64,000 bases of DNA from Alphaproteobacteria bacterium. Lineage in GTDB: Bacteria; Pseudomonadota; Alphaproteobacteria; GCA-2731375. The stretch is taken from assembly GCA_965225945.1 (NCBI GenBank), contig CBDDBZ010000020.1, positions 58,368-122,367 on the forward strand, given 5' to 3'. Position numbers and translations under genes: made by a program. How positions within the stretch are numbered: the first letter of the stretch is position 1; each line of letters begins with the position of its first letter. Below, one piece after another: positions 1 through 11,500 of the stretch. A model generated the notes under the pieces. That model saw only the letters and a list, made by a program, of their open reading frames with translations, was not told the DNA's origin and did not search any database.

Positions 1-30
1 TTACAAAAATCGTATCATTCTTGTCAGGTA

Positions 31-1168
31 TACCCCGACTCCCCGCAGACCCGAAAAAGTTCTGGCAATCCGGCTGCGGATCGATTCTTCTCGCGGTCAT
101 GATTCGCGGTGGATTTCTGAGCATCGAGGAACGCGCGGCCCTGGAGGCGGTGATGGGGCATCCGAGCGAGACCCACGGGGTGGCGCGCCGCGCGAACGCC
201 GTTCTGCTCTTGGATGACGGCTTGAGCTGCGTCGAGGTGGCGAAGGTGCTCTACCTCGACGACGACACGGTGCGGACGTGGCTGAAGCGCTACCGTGCGG
301 GCGGCCTGGATGAAATGACGCTGTTCGACTGGCATGGCCGGTCGGGCCATCTGAGCCGGGAGCAAGAGGCGGAGCTTTCGGCCCATCTGAGCCAACGGCT
401 TTACCGCGATACCGGCGAGGTGGCGGCCCATATCAAGGCGACCTACGGAGTGATCTACAGCCATTCGGGCTGCATCAAGGTGATGCATCGCCTGGGCTTC
501 GAATACAAGCGCCCGAAAAGCCTGCCGGCTCAGGCCGATGAGGCCGAGCAGGCCGCCTTTATCGAGGCCTATGATAAGTTGCTCAACGGCTTGGCCGCCG
601 ACGAGGTGGTCTACTTCGCCGATGCGGTGCACCCGGAATTCCAGTCCCGCCCAGTCCATGGCTGGGTCAAGAAGGGCGACAAAGTGGCGTTACGCCGGAC
701 CTCGGGGCGCCAGCGCATCAATCTCCACGGCGCGCTCAACCTGGAAAACTTCCACTGCCCCTTGGTCCAGGCCGAGAGGATCAACGCCGCCTCGACGATC
801 GCGCTGTTCGAGATGCTGGAGGCCACCAATCCCGGCAAGTCGCGGATCTATGTCTTCGCCGACAATGCCCGCTATCACCACGCCCGCCTGGTCCGACAAT
901 GGCTGGAGAGACCGGGTTGCCGCATCAAGCTCATCTTCCAACCGTCCTACGCTCCCCACCTCAACGCCATCGAGCGATTATGGGGCGTCATGCATCGCGA
1001 GGTGACCCACAACAGCTTCTACGCCAGCTTCGCCCTCTTCACCGAAGCCATCGACGATTTCTTCCGCCGACGACTGCCACGAGAGTGGACGACGTGGCGC
1101 GACACCATCACCGACAATTTCCGAATCATCTCGCACAAGGATTTTCGGGTTCTGGGGTGAGGCGAGTA
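31..1168 (+). mobile_element. IS630-family insertion sequence
   Basis: Imperfect terminal IRs (TACCCCGACTCCCCGCAGACCCGAAAA vs rc of TTTTCGGGTTCTGGGGTGAGGCGAGTA), flanked by TA at 29-30 and 1169-1170. Confidence 0.85.
99..1160 (+). CDS. IS630-family transposase
   Basis: HTH N-terminus, YFAD...FADNARYH...PSYAPHLNAIERLW DDE motifs; ATG at 99 preferred over upstream TTG. Confidence 0.92.
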   Translation: MIRGGFLSIEERAALEAVMGHPSETHGVARRANAVLLLDDGLSCVEVAKVLYLDDDTVRTWLKRYRAGGLDEMTLFDWHGRSGHLSREQEAELSAHLSQRLYRDTGEVAAHIKATYGVIYSHSGCIKVMHRLGFEYKRPKSLPAQADEAEQAAFIEAYDKLLNGLAADEVVYFADAVHPEFQSRPVHGWVKKGDKVALRRTSGRQRINLHGALNLENFHCPLVQAERINAASTIALFEMLEATNPGKSRIYVFADNARYHHARLVRQWLERPGCRIKLIFQPSYAPHLNAIERLWGVMHREVTHNSFYASFALFTEAIDDFFRRRLPREWTTWRDTITDNFRIISHKDFRVLG

Positions 1169-1202
1169 TATTTGCATCTGAGTTGGCGTTTATGGCGGCA
1201 AC

Positions 1203-2425
1203 CATGGTACACGACGGCATTTACGTAGGACGTTGAAAAGGTTGTAGGATTCCCGATTCACTCCACGACGAGTCAAGAGGGAAATCATGCGAGACAACCC
1301 GATCAACGCCCTGCGTGAGACGCTACGATGCGGCTTCGCCTTTCGCAAGAGCCGTCTGGAGAGCCTTTGCGTCTTGGTCTTCGGCGTGTTCGTCGCCCGG
1401 ACGGTGAACCTCTCTCACTTGGCCTGCCATTTTCCGGGGCGCGCGCGATCCAGCTCCAACTATCGGCGCCTGCAACGGTTTTTCGAGCAAGTCGATTTCG
1501 ATTACGATCGCCTCGCCGAGTTCCTGGTCGCGATGATGGGGCTCCAGGCGGGGCCGTGGCGGCTGACCATGGACCGGACCAACTGGCGGCTGGGTCGCCG
1601 CGACGTCAACATCTTGATGATCGGCATCGTCAACCGCGCCATCGCCATTCCCGTGTGCTGGCGGGTGCTCGACAAGGCGGGCAATTCCAATACCAAGGAG
1701 CGGATCGCGATCCTCGAACACGTCCTCCGGCTCTTCGGGGTCGACAAGATCGCCAGCCTCCTGGCCGACCGGGAATTCATCGGCGACGCCTGGCTGGCAT
1801 GGTTGCAGGAAAAGGCCATCCCCTTTCACATCCGCATCCGATCCAACATCAAGATCGCCAACACGCGTGGTCGCATGGTCAAGGCGAGGGAGCTGTTTCG
1901 CGACCTCAAACCCGGGGAAAGCCGCATCCTCTCCAACGCCAGGCGCCTCTCGGAGGCCAGAAAACCCAAGGCCAGGCCCGTCTTCGTCGCCGCGCTCCAT
2001 CTCAAGACCGGCGAACTGTTGATCGTCGTGACCAACGACGCGCCCGAGGAGGCCTTGGCCATCTACGCCCAGCGCTGGCAAATCGAGACCCTCTTCGCCG
2101 CCTTGAAAACCCGTGGCTTCAACCTCGAAGACACCCACATGACCGACCCGGAGCGCATCTCCAAGCTCACCGCCGTCCTTTCCATCACCTTCTGCTGGGC
2201 GCACAAAGTCGGCGATTGGCTCCACGAGGCCGAGCCGATCCGCCTCAAAACCCACAAAAGGATGGCAAAATCCATCTTCCGATACGGTTTCGAGTGGATA
2301 AGGCGACAGCTCGTCAATCCTATCGACAGGCGTCAAGCCATTGAGCTGATTCGTTTCCTCGTCCCCGGAAAACCACCAGTCCAGGTGCCCAGGCCAAAGC
2401 CAGCATGAACGAGTCGTGTACTGTG
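1203..2425 (+). mobile_element. IS4-family element, copy 1
   Basis: TIRs CATGGTACACGAC / GTCGTGTACTGTG, 9-bp DR GGCGGCAAC (1194-1202, 2426-2434); near-identical copy at 16248-17470. Confidence 0.93.
1287..2408 (+). CDS. IS4-family transposase
   Basis: MDRTNW, LADREFIG, YAQRWQIETLFAALK (YREK) motifs. Confidence 0.93.
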   Translation: MRDNPINALRETLRCGFAFRKSRLESLCVLVFGVFVARTVNLSHLACHFPGRARSSSNYRRLQRFFEQVDFDYDRLAEFLVAMMGLQAGPWRLTMDRTNWRLGRRDVNILMIGIVNRAIAIPVCWRVLDKAGNSNTKERIAILEHVLRLFGVDKIASLLADREFIGDAWLAWLQEKAIPFHIRIRSNIKIANTRGRMVKARELFRDLKPGESRILSNARRLSEARKPKARPVFVAALHLKTGELLIVVTNDAPEEALAIYAQRWQIETLFAALKTRGFNLEDTHMTDPERISKLTAVLSITFCWAHKVGDWLHEAEPIRLKTHKRMAKSIFRYGFEWIRRQLVNPIDRRQAIELIRFLVPGKPPVQVPRPKPA

Positions 2426-2617
2426 GGCGGCAACAATGTTCACATGCATTCGGGCTGTCGAAGCTGGCCATCCGTTTTCGGCGGACGCCCGCTCTTGGCT
2501 ACGAGTGACCGAATCCGCCACCTCCGCCCCAATCCGAATTATCGGTCAAATGCCGGAGGAATTTCGGACCCGCCACTGCGAGGCGCGGGGCGGCTTCGGG
2601 GGCTTTCGAGTCGGAAC

Positions 2618-3300
2618 TCACGAAATCAGGCCGAGCGCCTTCAAGCTCGCGTGCTGGCCGTGGCCGACGATCACGTGGTCGTGCACCGCGATGTCCATCG
2701 CCTTCGCGCCTCGACCACCAGCTTGGTCATGTCGATATCGGCGCGGCTCGGCGTCGGATCGCCCGAGGGGTGGTTGTGTACCAGGATGATCGCGGTGGCG
2801 CCGAGCTCGAGGGCCCGCTTCACCACCTCTCGGGGATAGACCGGCGTGTGATCGACGGTGCCGCGCTGCTGCTCCTCGTCGGCGATCAGGTAATTGCGGC
2901 GATCAAGGAAGAGGACGCGGAAGCTCTCGGTGCGTTCATGGCCCATGGCGATCTGCAGATAGTCCTGCAGCGCGGTCCAGGAACTGAGGGTGGGTCGCTC
3001 CCTGAGGCGTCCCCGCGCCAGCCGACGGGCGCCGGCGTCGACCGCCTTCAGGATCGCCACCGCGCCCTCGCCGATGCCGGCGACGCGACGAAGTTGCCTG
3101 GGCGGCGCGCTGACCACGGCAGCGAAATCTCCGAACTCCGTCAATAGACGCTTGGCCAGCGGCTTCACGTCGCCCCTGGGATTGGCGCCGAAGAGCAGCA
3201 GCTCCAGCAGTTCGTAGTCCGGCAAGGCGTCCGGATCGGCGGCGAGGAAGCGCTCTCGCAACCGCCGGCGATGACCGTGATAGTGGGGTTTCTCGGCCAT
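2618..3300 (-). pseudogene. radC: RadC/JAB-domain protein with 1-bp frameshift near 2708
   Basis: [27 protein letters not shown] motifs; the conserved tail [15 protein letters not shown]...LGLIS* continues in another frame to TGA at 2618. Confidence 0.85.
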
Positions 3301-3309
3301 GGCGCGGGC

Positions 3310-4131
3310 TCACTCGAACGGAGGCTGGTGCTTTCCGGCGGGCGAGGTGGTGAAGATCTCAACACCGTCGGCGGTGACGCCGACGCTGTGCTCGAACTGT
3401 GCCGAGAGCGAACGGTCCTTGGTCACGGCGGTCCAGCCGTCGCTCAATATCTTCACCTGCCATTTGCCCAGGTTGATCATCGGCTCGACGGTGAAGAACA
3501 TCCCCTCCTTGAGCGTGATGCCGCTGCCGGCCTCGCCGTAATGCAGGACGTTCGGCGCGTCGTGAAAGACCCGGCCGAGGCCGTGGCCGCAGAAATCCCG
3601 GACCACCGAATAGCGCCGCGCCTCGGCGAAGCTCTGGATCGCGTGGCCGATGTCGCCGAGGCGCGCGCCGGGCTCGATTTGCCCGATTCCCAGCATCATC
3701 GCCTCGTATGTGGTCTCGACCAGCCTGCGGGCCTTCAGGGCGACGTCGCCGAGGAGGAACATCCGGCTGGAATCGCCGTGCCAACCGTCCAGGATGACCG
3801 TGATGTCGATGTTGCAGATGTCGCCGTTCTTCAGCACGCGATCGCCCGGAATGCCGTGACAGACGACGTGATTGATCGAGGTGCAGATCGACTTCGGGAA
3901 GCCGCGATAGTTGAGCGGCGCCGCGATCGCCTGGTGATCGAGGATGAATTCGTGGCAGATCCGGTCCAATTCGCCGGTCGTGACGCCCGGGTGGACGTGG
4001 GCGATGAGCATGTCGAGGACTTCCGCGGCGAGCCGTCCGGCCCGCCGCATCGCCTCGAATTCCCCGGCGCCGTGCAACTTGATAAGTCCGGTATTGCGCT
4101 CCGGCGCCTCGGTCGCCGTGACATAGTTCAT
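3310..4131 (-). CDS. map: type I methionine aminopeptidase
   Basis: CTSINHVVCHGIP, DITV...DSSRMF, CGHGLG, EPMIN, SAQFEHSV. Confidence 0.97.
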   Translation of the reverse strand: MNYVTATEAPERNTGLIKLHGAGEFEAMRRAGRLAAEVLDMLIAHVHPGVTTGELDRICHEFILDHQAIAAPLNYRGFPKSICTSINHVVCHGIPGDRVLKNGDICNIDITVILDGWHGDSSRMFLLGDVALKARRLVETTYEAMMLGIGQIEPGARLGDIGHAIQSFAEARRYSVVRDFCGHGLGRVFHDAPNVLHYGEAGSGITLKEGMFFTVEPMINLGKWQVKILSDGWTAVTKDRSLSAQFEHSVGVTADGVEIFTTSPAGKHQPPFE

Positions 4132-4149
4132 GCCCTGCGTTCCTCGGCT

Positions 4150-4851
4150 TCAGACGTTGATATCGAGGCGGGAAGCCAGCTCGATCCCCGCCGTGGTCAT
4201 CATACAGGAATAGCAAAGTGCCTCAACGCCGCGGCCGCGCGCCTCCTCGAAGCTTCGGGCATACTCGGGGTCGATGTCACCGGCGAGCGCGAAGCGCCGG
4301 CAATCCGCGCGCTGCACCAGATAGAACATCACCGCGCGCCCGCCGACATCCACGACATCCGCCAACTCCGCCAAATGCTTGGCGCCGCGCAAAGTGACGG
4401 AATCGGGAAACTCCGCCAGCTCCGGCGCGCGCCTGAGGTGAACGTTCTTCACCTCGACATAGCAGGCCGGCAGCACCTCGTCCTCCAGCAGGATATCGAT
4501 CCGGCTGTTCCGTCCGTAGCGCACTTCTCGACGGAGATGCGCGTAGCCAGCGAGCTCCGGCACCCGGGCGATCCCGATCGCCTCGGCGACGATCCCGTTT
4601 GGATGCGCGGTATTGATGCCCACCAAGCCGCCGTCGGCGCTGATCAGCTCGAGCGTGTATTTCAGCTTGCGCTTCGGGTTTCGCGCCGGCGATAGCCAGA
4701 CGTCGGAGCCGGGCTCGACCAGGCCCAGCATCGAGCCGGGATTGGCGCAATGGGCGGTGACGATCTCGCCGTCGGCCAGTTCCACGTCGGCGAGAAAGCG
4801 CTTGTAACGCCGGACCAGGCGTCCAGGCACGAGGGGATCGGGAAATCGCAC
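4150..4851 (-). CDS. sfsA: DNA/RNA nuclease SfsA
   Basis: [40 protein letters not shown]; GTG start at 4851 (or TTG at 4866). Confidence 0.95.
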   Translation of the reverse strand: MRFPDPLVPGRLVRRYKRFLADVELADGEIVTAHCANPGSMLGLVEPGSDVWLSPARNPKRKLKYTLELISADGGLVGINTAHPNGIVAEAIGIARVPELAGYAHLRREVRYGRNSRIDILLEDEVLPACYVEVKNVHLRRAPELAEFPDSVTLRGAKHLAELADVVDVGGRAVMFYLVQRADCRRFALAGDIDPEYARSFEEARGRGVEALCYSCMMTTAGIELASRLDINV

Positions 4852-4881
4852 CGTGGCCTTGCCCAAATCCGCCGCTGACGC

Positions 4882-5031
4882 CTAAAAGAGCGTGTAGATG
4901 AACGGCGCCACCGCGGAGCCTTCAGCGAAGACGATCAGGCCGCCCAGGATCAGCGTCATGATGACGATGGGCAACAGCCAATATTTCTTGCGCATCCGCA
5001 TGAACGCCCAAAACTCGACCAGGAACGCCAT
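4882..5031 (-). CDS. DUF5989/SxtK-like small membrane protein (49 aa, not in ORF track)
   Basis: MAFLVEFWAFMRMRKKYWLLPIVIMTLILGGLIVFAEGSAVAPFIYTLF; RKKYWLxP and APFIYTLF signatures; GGAGAAGG RBS. Confidence 0.85.
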   Translation of the reverse strand: MAFLVEFWAFMRMRKKYWLLPIVIMTLILGGLIVFAEGSAVAPFIYTLF

Positions 5032-5075
5032 GACGCCACGCCTTCTCCGCGATTGTTGTCGGCTCGGCGGCTGGT

Positions 5076-5407
5076 TTACTGCGTGAAGGCATTCTTGCCA
5101 AGCCTCTTCGCCACCGCTTCGGCGATCAGCTCATGGCCATGCGGATCGGGGTGACCGTCACCGTCGCCGAAATAGGGCTGGCGCGAGGTGGCGGCCGAGC
5201 TCCGCGCGCAGCCGCCGTCCCGTGCTCGCCTGGCGTTCCAGATCGACGTGGGATTGCCGATTCGCGATACGGGGAAGGAACACACTCTCCTTCGTCGGGA
5301 CCAGCAAGAGCAGAAAGCCCACCCCGCGCCGTGCCAGCCGGCGCGCCATTTCGACCAGCGCGCGCTTGATCGCCTCGATGTCGGCGCGAATGCAGGGGTG
5401 CGCGGCT
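5076..5407 (-). pseudogene. C-terminal fragment of SGNH/AlgJ-like hydrolase
   Basis: LLLLVPTKESV in one frame and YFGDGDGHPDPHGHELIAEAV (DxH) in another; no N-terminus. Confidence 0.55.
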
Positions 5408-5833
5408 TCAGCCGAGCGCCGCGCGAATGGTCTCGGCGTGCGCCGCGATCCGGTCCATGTCGCCCGCTTCAATGCCCCAGTTCAGCATCGCGCCATCGTC
5501 CTCGGCGCGGGGGAACACGTGGATGTGGAAATGGAAGACGCTTTGTCCGGCGCCCGCTCCGTTGGCCTGGACGAGGTTGATGCCGTCGGGCGCGAGGCAT
5601 TCCGCGATGGCCCGGGCGATCCGCTTGGCGGCGGCGATGCAGGCGGCGAGGTCGGCGTCGTCGGCCGCGTAGAGATTTTCCGCGTGCGCCTTGGTGATCA
5701 CCAGGCAGTGGCCGTCGTTGAAGGGGTTGATGTCCATGAAGCACAGCACGCGATCGTCCTCGTGGATCTTGAAACAGGGAATCTCGCCGGCGACGATCTT
5801 GCAGAAGATGCAGTCGCTCTCGTGATCGGTCAT
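5408..5833 (-). CDS. HIT family nucleotide hydrolase
   Basis: CIFCKIVAGEIP, FMDINP, GQSVFHFHIHV triad; GGAGGAG RBS before ATG 5833. Confidence 0.93.
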   Translation of the reverse strand: MTDHESDCIFCKIVAGEIPCFKIHEDDRVLCFMDINPFNDGHCLVITKAHAENLYAADDADLAACIAAAKRIARAIAECLAPDGINLVQANGAGAGQSVFHFHIHVFPRAEDDGAMLNWGIEAGDMDRIAAHAETIRAALG

Positions 5834-5965
5834 CGTCTCCTCCCATGGGGCAGTTGCTCGCGTCCGGGACAAGCTATGCCACGAGCTGGCGCTCGCGTTA
5901 GCCATCGCGGAGGTGATTTGGCTCGGGCCTGAGCATCGCGTAATGTCATCCCAGAGGTATACGAT

Positions 5966-6382
5966 TTGCCCGAAGCCTTGATCTGGATCGTGTTCGCGAG
6001 TTTCGTCGTCGCGCCGATCCTCGCCGCCGCCATGCTCGGTCTGTTGGGGCGCGGCATGAATCGGCGGCGCGACGCCATCGCCGAGTGGCACAACCGCGGC
6101 ATGGCGCAGCGACCGCCGGCGACGCTTCGCGACCTCTCGCGCATGGCCGAGTTCGACCGCCGTCACCGCCGCTGTCTCGTCTGGTGCTGGAGTGGTTGGA
6201 TCGTGGGCGCGGTCATGGTCGCGCTCTCGCTTCCGTTGAGCGGTATCGCCATCGCCACGCTGACCTCGATATGGGCCCGCCGCGCTCATCTGCGCTGCCC
6301 GGAATGCGATACCTCGCCGGGCTTTCGCGGGCTCGAGTGGGGCTGGGGCTGTCGCGGGTGCGGGGCCAAGCTCCGGCCCTGA
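5966..6382 (+). CDS. hypothetical membrane protein with C-terminal Zn-ribbon
   Basis: Hydrophobic segments plus CPEC...CRGC; GAGGT RBS before TTG. Confidence 0.6.
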   Translation: MPEALIWIVFASFVVAPILAAAMLGLLGRGMNRRRDAIAEWHNRGMAQRPPATLRDLSRMAEFDRRHRRCLVWCWSGWIVGAVMVALSLPLSGIAIATLTSIWARRAHLRCPECDTSPGFRGLEWGWGCRGCGAKLRP

Positions 6383-6391
6383 ATCCCTCGT

Positions 6392-7594
6392 TCAATCCCG
6401 CTCCAAGCGACGGATCGCCAACGCCAGGACGATCGACATCGCGCTCGCCACGATGAAAAGGCTGCTCGCGCGTTGCCAGTCGCCGGCCTCGCCCACCAGC
6501 CAGGCGAGGATCGGGGGTCCGAGCAGACTGCCGCATTGGGCCGCCTGCATGACCACGCCGTTGCTGGCCGAGACGTCGCCGGCGCTGGGCGCGTGGCGCA
6601 CCGCGCCGGTCAACGCGGCGGCGGGTGTCACGCCGTTGATCAGGCTGTAGAGGAAGGCGGCGAGGATCTTCCACGCATCGTCGACCGCGTCGGAATAGAT
6701 CACGCTTCCGGCGATGGCCGCGGTGATCGCGGCGAGCGCGATCAGCCGCCAACCCGGCACGCCGCGCCGCAACAGCCAGGCGCCGCCGAGATTGCCGCCG
6801 ACGTTGATCATCACCACCATCGCCGTGACGAAGGCGGCGAACTCGGCGCCGTGGCCCAGGCGCTCGATCAACAAGGTCGGCAGCCAGGCCATGATCGCGA
6901 ACCATTGCAGGGTGTAGAGCGCGAAGCAGAAGCCGAGCAGCCACGGTCCCGGCACTCGGAGGACGGCGAGGATGGCGGCGCGGTCGCGTCGGGGTCCGCG
7001 CACCGCGCCCGCCGGCCATCGCGCCCTTGTCGTCAGCGCCACGAACAGGGCGGCGTAGGCGGCGGCGAGGAGGGCATTGGCGAGCCAGAGGCCGCGCCAG
7101 CCGACGGCGGCGAGGACCAGGGGCGCCGCCAGCAGCATGAGCGAGACGCCGGCCGGCAGATAGGCGCTCCACAGGCCGATGGCGAGGTTGCGGTCGTCGG
7201 CTCGAGTGGCACGGACGATCTGCGCCGGCGCGGCGACGACCACGGCGACGAAGCCGAGGCTTTCCAGCAGGCGGGCGGCGAGCAGCGGCGCGATGCCCTG
7301 GGCGATGCCGCCGAGCGCACCACCGGCGGCCATCGCGCCCAAGGCGGCGAGCAATGTCGATCTCGGTCCGACCCGGTCCGCCGCCAGGCCGAAGGCGATG
7401 CCGAGGCCGGCAGCCACCAGGTTCAGCAGCGAGGCGAGCCAGCCGCCGGTCACCATCGAGACACCCAACTCGGCCCTGAGCGCCGGTAGCGCCGGTGGCA
7501 CCTTGCCGAACTGGAAGGCGGCGATCAGGCCGACGCCGAGCGCCAGCGCCACGATGTCCCAACGGGTCTCGGGTGGCGCCGGCGGGGCGGTCAC
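6392..7594 (-). CDS. MFS transporter (CynX/NimT-like)
   Basis: About 12 hydrophobic helices, GLAADRVGPR motif A; GTG start at 7594. Confidence 0.88.
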   Translation of the reverse strand: MTAPPAPPETRWDIVALALGVGLIAAFQFGKVPPALPALRAELGVSMVTGGWLASLLNLVAAGLGIAFGLAADRVGPRSTLLAALGAMAAGGALGGIAQGIAPLLAARLLESLGFVAVVVAAPAQIVRATRADDRNLAIGLWSAYLPAGVSLMLLAAPLVLAAVGWRGLWLANALLAAAYAALFVALTTRARWPAGAVRGPRRDRAAILAVLRVPGPWLLGFCFALYTLQWFAIMAWLPTLLIERLGHGAEFAAFVTAMVVMINVGGNLGGAWLLRRGVPGWRLIALAAITAAIAGSVIYSDAVDDAWKILAAFLYSLINGVTPAAALTGAVRHAPSAGDVSASNGVVMQAAQCGSLLGPPILAWLVGEAGDWQRASSLFIVASAMSIVLALAIRRLERD

Positions 7595-7934
7595 GAATTG
7601 CCTGCCCCCTGGTCGGGTGGCCGCCGCTCGGCAAGGGCGAGTTGGCCGTCGGTCGCGTCCGGCTCCCTCGTCGCATATCGGTGGACGTAGTCGCGTTCCC
7701 CTATCTGGCCGTCGTGCGGGCTCATGGTCGCGGGCTTCCGTTCCAGGGCTCTGGTCACTAGCCTTACCGAACTCGGCGCGACGTTCGCAACCCGGGCGCG
7801 CCGGAGGAGGGGAGTCGCACGCCATGCAGGGCCTCGGCGAGATACTGCCCGCCTCCCGTGTCGCGGCGATGCGGCGGGCTGGTGGCGAGAGCGGGCGCGG
7901 GCGCTCGCATCGGAAGCTGTGATGGAGTGAGGCG

Positions 7935-8432
7935 ATGAACGACGACATGGCGGCCCGGCTGGCGGCGCTGGAAGCGAAGGTGGGGGAGCTCGACGACATC
8001 GAGCAAATCCGTCGTCTCCGCAACGACTACCACCAGGCGATCAACGAGGGACGCTACGACGAGATCCCGGCGATGTGGACCGAGGACGGCAGCCTCGATT
8101 TTAACTATATCGGCAAGGCCCAGGGGCGCGAGACGATCCACAAGTTCTTCGCCGCGACGCCCAAGGTGCTGCCCTTCATCAAGCAGTTCATCCACAATCA
8201 TGTCGTCGATCTCGACGGCGACCGGGCCAAGGGCTACAGCTACATGGAGGCGCGCACCGTCAACAAGGGCGAAGCCTATATGGTCGCCGGCCGCTACGAC
8301 GACGACTATGTGCGCCAGGGCGGTGTGTGGAAATTCAGCCACATGAACTTCCTCGCCTACTTCACCGTGCCGTTCAATGAAGGCTGGGCGCAGGAGGACC
8401 TCTTGAAGATGAACCGTCGCGACCCGAATTAG
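7935..8432 (+). CDS. SnoaL-like/NTF2 family protein
   Basis: LDDIEQIRRL...HNHVVDLDGDRA...GRYDDDYVR...WKF. Confidence 0.88.
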   Translation: MNDDMAARLAALEAKVGELDDIEQIRRLRNDYHQAINEGRYDEIPAMWTEDGSLDFNYIGKAQGRETIHKFFAATPKVLPFIKQFIHNHVVDLDGDRAKGYSYMEARTVNKGEAYMVAGRYDDDYVRQGGVWKFSHMNFLAYFTVPFNEGWAQEDLLKMNRRDPN

Positions 8433-8504
8433 GGAGGTGGGCATGGGCAGGCCGCGCGAGGAAACGGCGTGGCGCGCGATGGTTAGGCGTGCCGGAGTGC
8501 CCTG

Positions 8505-11500
8505 GTGACCGATAGTCAATTCGAGCTTCTGCGAAGCCGCCGATTCCTGCCACTCTTCGTGACGCAGTTCCTCGGCGCGTTCAACGACAACGCGTTCAAG
8601 AACGCGCTGATCATCCTGGTGACCTTCCGGGGTGCCGATGCGCTCGGTCTCGACGCCGGCATCATGGTGGCGTTGGCCGCCGGGATCTTCATCCTGCCGT
8701 TCTTCCTCTGCTCCGCGACCGCGGGCCAACTCGCCGACAAGCACGAGAAGGCGAAGCTGATTCGCATCATCAAATTCGCCGAAATCGTCGCCATGGCGTT
8801 GGCGGTCGTCGGCCTCTTCCGCCAGGACGTCTGGATGCTGATGGGCGTGCTCTTCCTGATGGGGACGCAGTCCGCCTTCTTCGGCCCGCTCAAGTACGCG
8901 ATCCTGCCCGACCACGTGGCACGCGAGCGTCTGCTCGCCGCCAACGGTCTGATCGAAGCCGCGACCTTCATCGCCATCCTGCTCGGCACCATCGCCGGCG
9001 GCGTGCTGATCTTGCTTGCCCAGGGCACGCTCTACATCTCGGTCCTGGTGGTGGGGCTTGCGGTTCTGGGCTTCGTCGCGAGTTGCTTCATCCCGAGCGC
9101 CGGCCCGGCGATCCCCGACCTCGCGATCAACCCCAACTTCCCCGCCGAAATCGGCAACATCATCGGCCACGCGCGGACCCGCCGCGAGGTCTTCCTCTCG
9201 ATCATGGGAATTTCATGGTTCTGGCTGGTGGGCGCCGTCTATCTCGCCGAGTTGCCGACCTACGCCAAGGACGTGCTGGGTGCCAACGAGCACGTCGTGA
9301 CGCTCTTCCTCGCGACCTTCGCGATCGGCATCGCCGTCGGCTCGGTGCTCTGCAACCGGGCACTGCGCGGCGATATCAGCGCCAAGTTCGTGCCCGTGGG
9401 CGCGATCGCAATGACCGTCTTCGCCCTCGATCTGGTAGCGGCCAGCACCGGCGTCCCGACCCCCGCCGGTGGTGCGGCGATGAGCATCGGCCACATCATC
9501 ACGAGTTTCGCGGGCGTGCGGATCCTCGTCGATCTCTTCCTGATGGCGCTGGCGGGCGGCTTCTATACGGTACCGCTCTACGTCATCCTGCAAGCGGCGA
9601 GCAGCGCCGAACACCGGGCGCGCAACATCGCCGCCAACAACATCCTGAACGCCCTCTTCATGGTTTTGGGTGCCGGCGCGACGATCGTGCTGCTCGCCCT
9701 CGGCAGCTCGGTACCGGACATCTTCCTCTATATCGCGATCCTGAACGCAGCTGTCGCCGCCTATATTTGCAAACTGCTGCCGCGCGAGGTGGTGAACGCG
9801 GTGGCCAGGTGGATCCTCGGGCTGCTGTACCGGGTCGAGGTCCGGGGCGAGGCGAATTTCCGCGCGGCCGGAAACCGCGTGGTCATCGTCGCCAACCACA
9901 CCAGCTACCTCGACGGCGCCTTGCTCTGCGCCTATCTGCCGCGCACGCCGACCTTCGCCATCAACAGCCATGTCGCGAGCAAGTGGTGGGCCAAGCCCGC
10001 GTTCCTGCTGTTCGAACTGTTGCCGCTCGATCCCACCAACCCGATGGCGGCGAAGACCCTGGTAGGGGCGGTGAAGGCGGGGAAACGCTGTCTGATATTC
10101 CCGGAAGGGCGGATCACGACCACCGGCTCTTTGATGAAGGTCTACGAAGGGCCGGGCACGATCGCCGATCTGGCCGGCGCCAAGATTCTGCCGATCCGCA
10201 TCGAGGGCGCGCAGTACACACCCTTCTCGCGGCTCGGCGACAAGCTTCGGCTGCGCTGGTTCCCGCGCATCACGCTCACCATCCTGGAGCCCCGAGCGCT
10301 GGAGGCGCCGGCGGAGCTCAAGGGGCGGGCCAGGCGACGCCTGCTGGGCGAACAGCTCTACGACATCATGGCGAGCATGATGTTCCTGACCGCCGACACC
10401 GAGCGGACGCTGTTCCAGGCGCTCTGCGACGCGCGCGCGATGCATGGTGGGTCCAAGACGGTGCTGGAGGATGTCGAGCGCATTCCCGTCAGCTACCGCC
10501 GATTGATCCTGGGCGCGCTCGTGCTGGGCCGCCGGCTCGCCCGCTCGTCCAAGGTCGGCGATCATGTCGCCCTGATGTTGCCCAACGCCAACGGCGCCGT
10601 GGTGGCCTTCTTCGCGTTTCAGGCCTTCGGCCGGATCCCGGCGATGCTGAACTATACGGCGGGCGTCGACAACATACGGTCCGCCTGCCGCGCGGCTCGC
10701 GCCGAAACGGTGCTCACCTCGCGTCGCTTCGTGGAGCTGGCCAAGCTGGAAGATGTGATAGCCGGCCTGGAGGCGGAGGCGAAGGTTACCTACCTGGAGG
10801 ACATCGGGGCCGAGATCTCCATCCTGGACAAGCTCTTCGGCCTGGCCGTCCGGCCGGTGGCGCGCTTCGTCGCCGGGCTCCTTTCCGAGCGCGCGACACC
10901 GAGTGACCCCGCCGCGGTGCTCTTCACCTCGGGCTCCGAGGGCAAGCCGAAAGGCGTCGTGCTCAGCCACCGCAACCTGCTCTCCAACCATTACCAGCTT
11001 TCCGCCCGCGTCGATTTCAACCCCACGGACAAGGTCTTCAACGCGCTGCCGCTGTTTCATTCCGTCGGGCTGTCGAGCGGACTGCTGTTGCCGGTGCTCT
11101 CGGGCGTCGAGGTCTTCCTCTATCCCTCGCCGCTGCATTACCGCATCGTGCCGGAGCTGTTCTACGACACCAACGCCACCATCCTCTTCGGCACCGATAC
11201 CTTCCTCGCCGGCTACGCGCGCGCGGCCCACCCCTACGACTTTTATAATCTACGCCACGTCTTCGCCGGCGCGGAGAAATTGCGGGCCGAAACCCGGCGG
11301 GCCTGGGCCGAGAAGTTTGGCAAGCGGATCCTCGAGGGCTATGGCGCCACCGAGACCTCGCCCGTCATCTCCACCAACACGGCGATGCACTACCGCGCCG
11401 GAACGGTCGGTCGGCTCTTGCCCGAGATCGAGGCGGAACTGGAACCGGTACCGGGGATCGAGGTCGGCAGCCGTCTCTTCGTCTCCGGCCCCAACGTGAT

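Noticed and set aside
9083-11231. Long overlapping and antisense ORFs (also 35818-37704, 41474-43012, 44833-46293 and similar)
   Set aside because: Arg/Pro/Gly-rich shadow frames of high-GC genes with no recognisable motifs
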